From contig CBDBFU010000020.1 of assembly GCA_965205025.1 (NCBI GenBank), positions 32,001 to 96,000 of the forward strand: a stretch of DNA of 64,000 nucleotides. The letters run 5' to 3'. The DNA comes from Candidatus Poribacteria bacterium. GTDB taxonomy: Bacteria > Poribacteria > WGA-4E > WGA-3G. Below, piece after piece: positions 60,044-64,000 of this stretch (position 1 is the first letter of the stretch; every line of letters starts with the position of its first letter). Below the pieces are notes generated by a model. The model ran no database searches and was not told the DNA's origin. It worked only from the letters and a program-made list of their open reading frames with translations. A program made the translations under genes and the position numbers.

Positions 60044-61276
60044 TTATTCAATGCTCAACATTAACTTACGAAACGCATTTAGTTGGGGTGGAATAATATG
60101 AGGTTCAGGCATATTGTCTTCTAAGGCTTCAATTGTTTTGAAACCATTACCAGTGATGGCAACTACGATCCGTTCATCACGACCTATATCTCCATTCTCA
60201 ATCAGTTTCTTGGTTGCTGCAAGTGTTACGCCACCAGCAGTTTCAGTGAAAATACCTTCTGTGGCAGCAAGTAATTGGATAGCTTCTATTATCTCTTCAT
60301 CATTCGCATGTTCACCAAAACCCCCAGATTTTCTCACTGTATCTACTGCATATATACCATCAGCAGGATTACCGATTGCCAATGATTTTGCAATTGTGTC
60401 CGGTTTTACAGGTTTAACAAAATCACTATTCTCTTTAAAGGTATTTACAATAGGACCACATCCTTCTGCTTGAGCTACATGTATTTTAGTCTTTGGTTCA
60501 TCAATCAAACCCAATATATGGAATTCTTTTAATGCTTTACCAATTTTTGTAATTAGTGATCCGCCAGCAGCAGGAGCAACTATATGATCTGGTGCTTCCC
60601 AACCCAACTGTTCAATCAATTCAAAACAGAGTGTCTTTGATCCTTCAGCATAATATGGACGGATATTTATATTCACAAATGCCCAAGGATGAACTCCAGC
60701 TATTTCGCTACATAAACGGTTTACATCATCATAATTACCCATTATACCAACAACTGTAGGCGCATAAACGAGAGAGGCAACCACTTTACCTAATTCTAAG
60801 TCCGCAGGGATGAAAATAAAACAATTTAAATTCGCAATGGCGGCATGGGCTGCAACAGAGTTAGCTAAATTTCCAGTTGATGCACAAGATACCGTATCAA
60901 AATTGAATTCCTTAGATTTACTTAAAGCGATCGCCACAACTCTATCTTTGAAAGATAATGTTGGATGACAAACTGAATCATCCTTGATATAGATATCCTT
61001 GACACCAAGTGCATCCCCAAGATTCTTTGCTCTAATTAACGGAGTAAATCCAGAATTTAATCCATCAGTGGGTTCACCATCAATCGGTAATAAATCAATA
61101 TATCTCCATAAGCTATCAGGTCCATCTTCTATCGACTTTCTGGAAATTGATTTCTGTATTGCTTCATAGTTATAATCTACTTCTAAAGGACCAAAACAAA
61201 ACTCGCAAACGTGAAGCGGCTCCTTCGGATATTTTCTTTCACATTCACGGCATTTTAAGCCTAAAACCTTATCCAT
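60044..61276 (-). CDS. thrC: Threonine synthase
   Basis: N-terminal CxxC Zn ribbon, PTLSFKDR, ASTGN, ITGNGFK; GGAGG RBS before MDKVL. Confidence 0.88.
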   Translation of the reverse strand: MDKVLGLKCRECERKYPKEPLHVCEFCFGPLEVDYNYEAIQKSISRKSIEDGPDSLWRYIDLLPIDGEPTDGLNSGFTPLIRAKNLGDALGVKDIYIKDDSVCHPTLSFKDRVVAIALSKSKEFNFDTVSCASTGNLANSVAAHAAIANLNCFIFIPADLELGKVVASLVYAPTVVGIMGNYDDVNRLCSEIAGVHPWAFVNINIRPYYAEGSKTLCFELIEQLGWEAPDHIVAPAAGGSLITKIGKALKEFHILGLIDEPKTKIHVAQAEGCGPIVNTFKENSDFVKPVKPDTIAKSLAIGNPADGIYAVDTVRKSGGFGEHANDEEIIEAIQLLAATEGIFTETAGGVTLAATKKLIENGDIGRDERIVVAITGNGFKTIEALEDNMPEPHIIPPQLNAFRKLMLSIE

Positions 61277-61352
61277 TAACGCCTCCAAATTTATCTAATC
61301 TATAATGTTCATCATCAATCTTCTAAATCAAAAATTCATAGTTTGTATCGGT

Positions 61353-62756
61353 TCATATTGTCAATACTATTTCAAAGTCATTTTGTCCATGTTGTAAAGC
61401 AAGGCGGACGAAAAGTAGGTATTCATCTACCCATGTCACACTCTTCGCATTTGAACTTGCCAATTCTAATCCCAAATGATTCCCCCATATTGCAATACCG
61501 TATGGCATCGCTTTAGTAGATTCTATTGTGAAGGATAGATGCAAACGAGACCGTTTTCGTATAGGTCTAAATCCCACAACTTTTGGCAAATGATATTCCA
61601 CACCATGTAAAGAAGTTCCTTCAAATGAAACTCCTAATTCTGAATTTTCAACCACTGGTGGAGAGATATAATTCTTCATCTCCTCAGGTTCCATAATTCC
61701 GTCATAAAAAGTAAATTGACATTCAGAATCATAAAAGTATAGTGTTCTTTTTCCCTTTACATCCTCTAAATTATTTACTTCAGGTATTATTGATTCACTC
61801 TCCTCCGGTACATCTGGAGTGTTGTTATCAGGTGTATCTACAATCAAGAATGTGGGTTCAGTTTGTTGACAACTTGTCCAATATTCATCTACCATTTCTG
61901 AGAGTGGGAATACTTTAGTAATCTCATTATCAGTAACATAAGCGAAGTATGTATCAAGACGATCTAAGGATTCTTGTCCTAACTGTGATACCTCAATTGC
62001 GTTAACATGTTGGATATACCCTAACCAACTATTCCATTTCTCATTTTCTACATATACATTATAATTCTGAGTTAATGTATCGTTTATTAATGCTGCTCTT
62101 AGGGTGGCTGCTTCAGGAATAAGGTGGGAAATAGTATCGTAGGGTATAGCAGCTATACTACCGGATGTAGGTGCACTAAAATTATGTTGATCATTTGACG
62201 GATAAAAGAAACCGAAAGGACATCCCCTATCATCTTCGGCTAATGTATCTCGTTCATTCCAACGATAACCCCACAAGCCACGAAAACCTTCCTGTTCAAT
62301 CGCGTGAATTAAGACTTGGTTCTTCCATTCCGCACCTACTATACTTGGATTTGCCCATTCCAAAGATCGTTGAACTTTTTTCCATTGACTTCGAATATAT
62401 CCAGGTAATGTTTCGCGCATTCTAACAAGATGTTCTGCCACTAATTCGGGTGATGCTAAATGGGTTTGAATTGATATTTCATTCCCTTCATCTATATCTA
62501 TGTCAGAAATACCTGTCAGTTTCCTCCATTGTGAATCCCATAAAGTTTTTATATCAAGCATTATCAGGAAATCATCACCAAATTCATTATGCCATTCAGT
62601 TAATTCTTTAGCATGAAATTGAATATCATCTGCTACAATTGCCCATGTAATTGGTATTTTATACTTGTGTGCATAACCTGCTAAATGACGCATTCCCTCT
62701 CTAAGCTGCTGCCGTTCTTTAGATATTGCTGTGCATACAAGACCATAATATAACAT
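61353..62756 (-). CDS. Hypothetical protein (possible deacetylase/hydrolase-like barrel)
   Basis: 467-aa ORF in the operon; IPITWAI and DRGCPFGFFYP motifs; function not identifiable. Confidence 0.75.
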   Translation of the reverse strand: MLYYGLVCTAISKERQQLREGMRHLAGYAHKYKIPITWAIVADDIQFHAKELTEWHNEFGDDFLIMLDIKTLWDSQWRKLTGISDIDIDEGNEISIQTHLASPELVAEHLVRMRETLPGYIRSQWKKVQRSLEWANPSIVGAEWKNQVLIHAIEQEGFRGLWGYRWNERDTLAEDDRGCPFGFFYPSNDQHNFSAPTSGSIAAIPYDTISHLIPEAATLRAALINDTLTQNYNVYVENEKWNSWLGYIQHVNAIEVSQLGQESLDRLDTYFAYVTDNEITKVFPLSEMVDEYWTSCQQTEPTFLIVDTPDNNTPDVPEESESIIPEVNNLEDVKGKRTLYFYDSECQFTFYDGIMEPEEMKNYISPPVVENSELGVSFEGTSLHGVEYHLPKVVGFRPIRKRSRLHLSFTIESTKAMPYGIAIWGNHLGLELASSNAKSVTWVDEYLLFVRLALQHGQNDFEIVLTI

Positions 62757-62764
62757 TCTTCTGA

Positions 62765-63472
62765 CTATTCTAAAAAAACAGTAACACCCATTTCAGCATA
62801 TTTTTCACGTGTACTCGGGTTACCATTTCTAAAGCAGACAGCAGTTGGAGAGTCTTCTAACTCCTTTACTACATACTGTACACATTCATCAACAGATTGG
62901 AGGGCATGATTCGGATGTCCTTCCATGCTGAAAGTCAAATCCGTTGGACCAAACGATAAACAATCAACTCCTGATTTAGCAAGTCGTCGCGCATGGGTAA
63001 CAGCTTCAATTGACTCAATCTGCATCCATAGCATTCCATAATTATTCCACCAGTCTGCATATTCTAATCGATCCCATCTGTCAGAGTTCTTCCTCGCTCC
63101 TCCACCCCAACTCCGTATTCCTTTCTGTGGATAGTAGAAAAAAGCAACCGCTTCATCAACGGTTTCTTCCAATTCAACTTGTGGCACCTCAATACCAGAT
63201 GGTCCTAAGTCGAGATAATTACCTATTAAGTAAGAATTTCGTGTGTGTTTTATCCTAAAGTTGACGGGTATATCTAATGAATCTGCCATATTACAGAATT
63301 CAACTAAACGATCTTCACTGTATGCAGAATGTTGACTATCTACTGCCACAAAATCATAGTTGCCATTTATTACTCTTGAAGCAAGACTGTCTGTATCTAT
63401 CATCATAGATACAGAAACCCCGTAAATATGCTCTCCATTTCGTATACGTTGTTTCAAGTTATTGTCTGACAT
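62765..63472 (-). CDS. HpcH/HpaI aldolase family protein
   Basis: VDSQHS, LDLGPSGIEVPQV, MQIES, FGPTDL. Confidence 0.88.
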   Translation of the reverse strand: MSDNNLKQRIRNGEHIYGVSVSMMIDTDSLASRVINGNYDFVAVDSQHSAYSEDRLVEFCNMADSLDIPVNFRIKHTRNSYLIGNYLDLGPSGIEVPQVELEETVDEAVAFFYYPQKGIRSWGGGARKNSDRWDRLEYADWWNNYGMLWMQIESIEAVTHARRLAKSGVDCLSFGPTDLTFSMEGHPNHALQSVDECVQYVVKELEDSPTAVCFRNGNPSTREKYAEMGVTVFLE

Positions 63473-63561
63473 ATCACACCCCCAGACCTGTCAATTCAAG
63501 AGTTCCGATTCTTTAGATTAGCTAAAATAAATAATAAAAATATCATTAAACAATTCCCACT

Positions 63562-63590
63562 ATTATACCACATTTCCTTCTCTTTTCCAA
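63562..63590 (-). promoter_or_regulatory. Sigma70-type promoter of the aldolase-thrC operon
   Basis: TTGGAA-17 bp-TATAAT with TGn extended -10. Confidence 0.5.
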
Positions 63591-63736
63591 AGACATTTAG
63601 GACTTATCAAAGTCTATACTCTCCCATTAGTTATAGGATATTATACTTGTAAAGATAGTCAATTAATGATATTCTAATACCTTTCAAGGACATAGTTACC
63701 AAAATAAAAAATTGCTAAATTCAAGGAGCATTACAA

Positions 63737-64000
63737 ATGTATCGTGTCGGTATTATTGGGTTAGGAAGCATTGCTGCTCGTTATTCAAATCCAGATGATG
63801 CTTATCCTTACTGCCATACTGGTGGAATTCGACATTGTGAGACAACTGAATTGGTTGCAGTTGCAGATATGTCTAAAGAACGACAATCGGAATTCCAACA
63901 GACATGGGGTCCAGGTTTTCCTGATGAATCTATCAACTATTATGATTCTGATATTCAAATGCTTGAAAGTGAAGAATTAGATATCATTGCTGTTTGTGTT
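63737..64000 (+). CDS. Gfo/Idh/MocA family oxidoreductase, runs off the right edge
   Basis: AAGGAG RBS; MYRVGIIGLGSIA...ELVAVAD...LDIIAVCV; not in the ORF track. Confidence 0.88.
   Translation, partial: MYRVGIIGLGSIAARYSNPDDAYPYCHTGGIRHCETTELVAVADMSKERQSEFQQTWGPGFPDESINYYDSDIQMLESEELDIIAVCV

Noticed and set aside
1-64000. Selenoproteins by UGA read-through
   Set aside because: The split genes are frameshifts or TAA stops; I saw no in-frame TGA at a Cys-equivalent position. A formal SECIS search was not possible.

Overview
AT-rich bacterial chromosomal window. The gene repertoire (several PhyH dioxygenases, LamG proteins, Gfo/Idh/MocA oxidoreductases, a sulfatase, a Uma2 nuclease, and secreted LRR/cohesin/dockerin proteins ending in an NYPNPFNPETWIPYQL...WDGKN...RKMLIxK FlgD-Ig/T9SS-like domain) resembles Candidatus Poribacteria; this taxonomy is inferred, not proven. 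Housekeeping genes: dapB, lepA-lepB-selB-selC(tRNA-Sec)-lipA, asd, mtnK, a DnaJ-class chaperone, aspC, iscS, hisZ-like/hisG/hisS, recD2, thrC. Most notable observations: (1) adjacent secreted genes encoding cohesin+Spondin_N and Reeler-like+Ig repeats+dockerin, i.e. the two N-terminal domains of animal F-spondin split over a potential cohesin-dockerin pair; (2) an unannotated His leader peptide (MKIILYIHHHSVHS) with promoter and mutually exclusive hairpins upstream of hisZ-hisG-hisS; (3) a ~130-nt non-coding element duplicated upstream of two unrelated exported-protein genes; (4) a layered set of REP/MITE-like hairpins, including a family with a fixed tail and fully covarying stems, and a 34-nt mini-element inserted inside other hairpins. 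No CRISPR array, rRNA or intact transposase was seen. All domain calls are by eye from motifs; no database searches were run.
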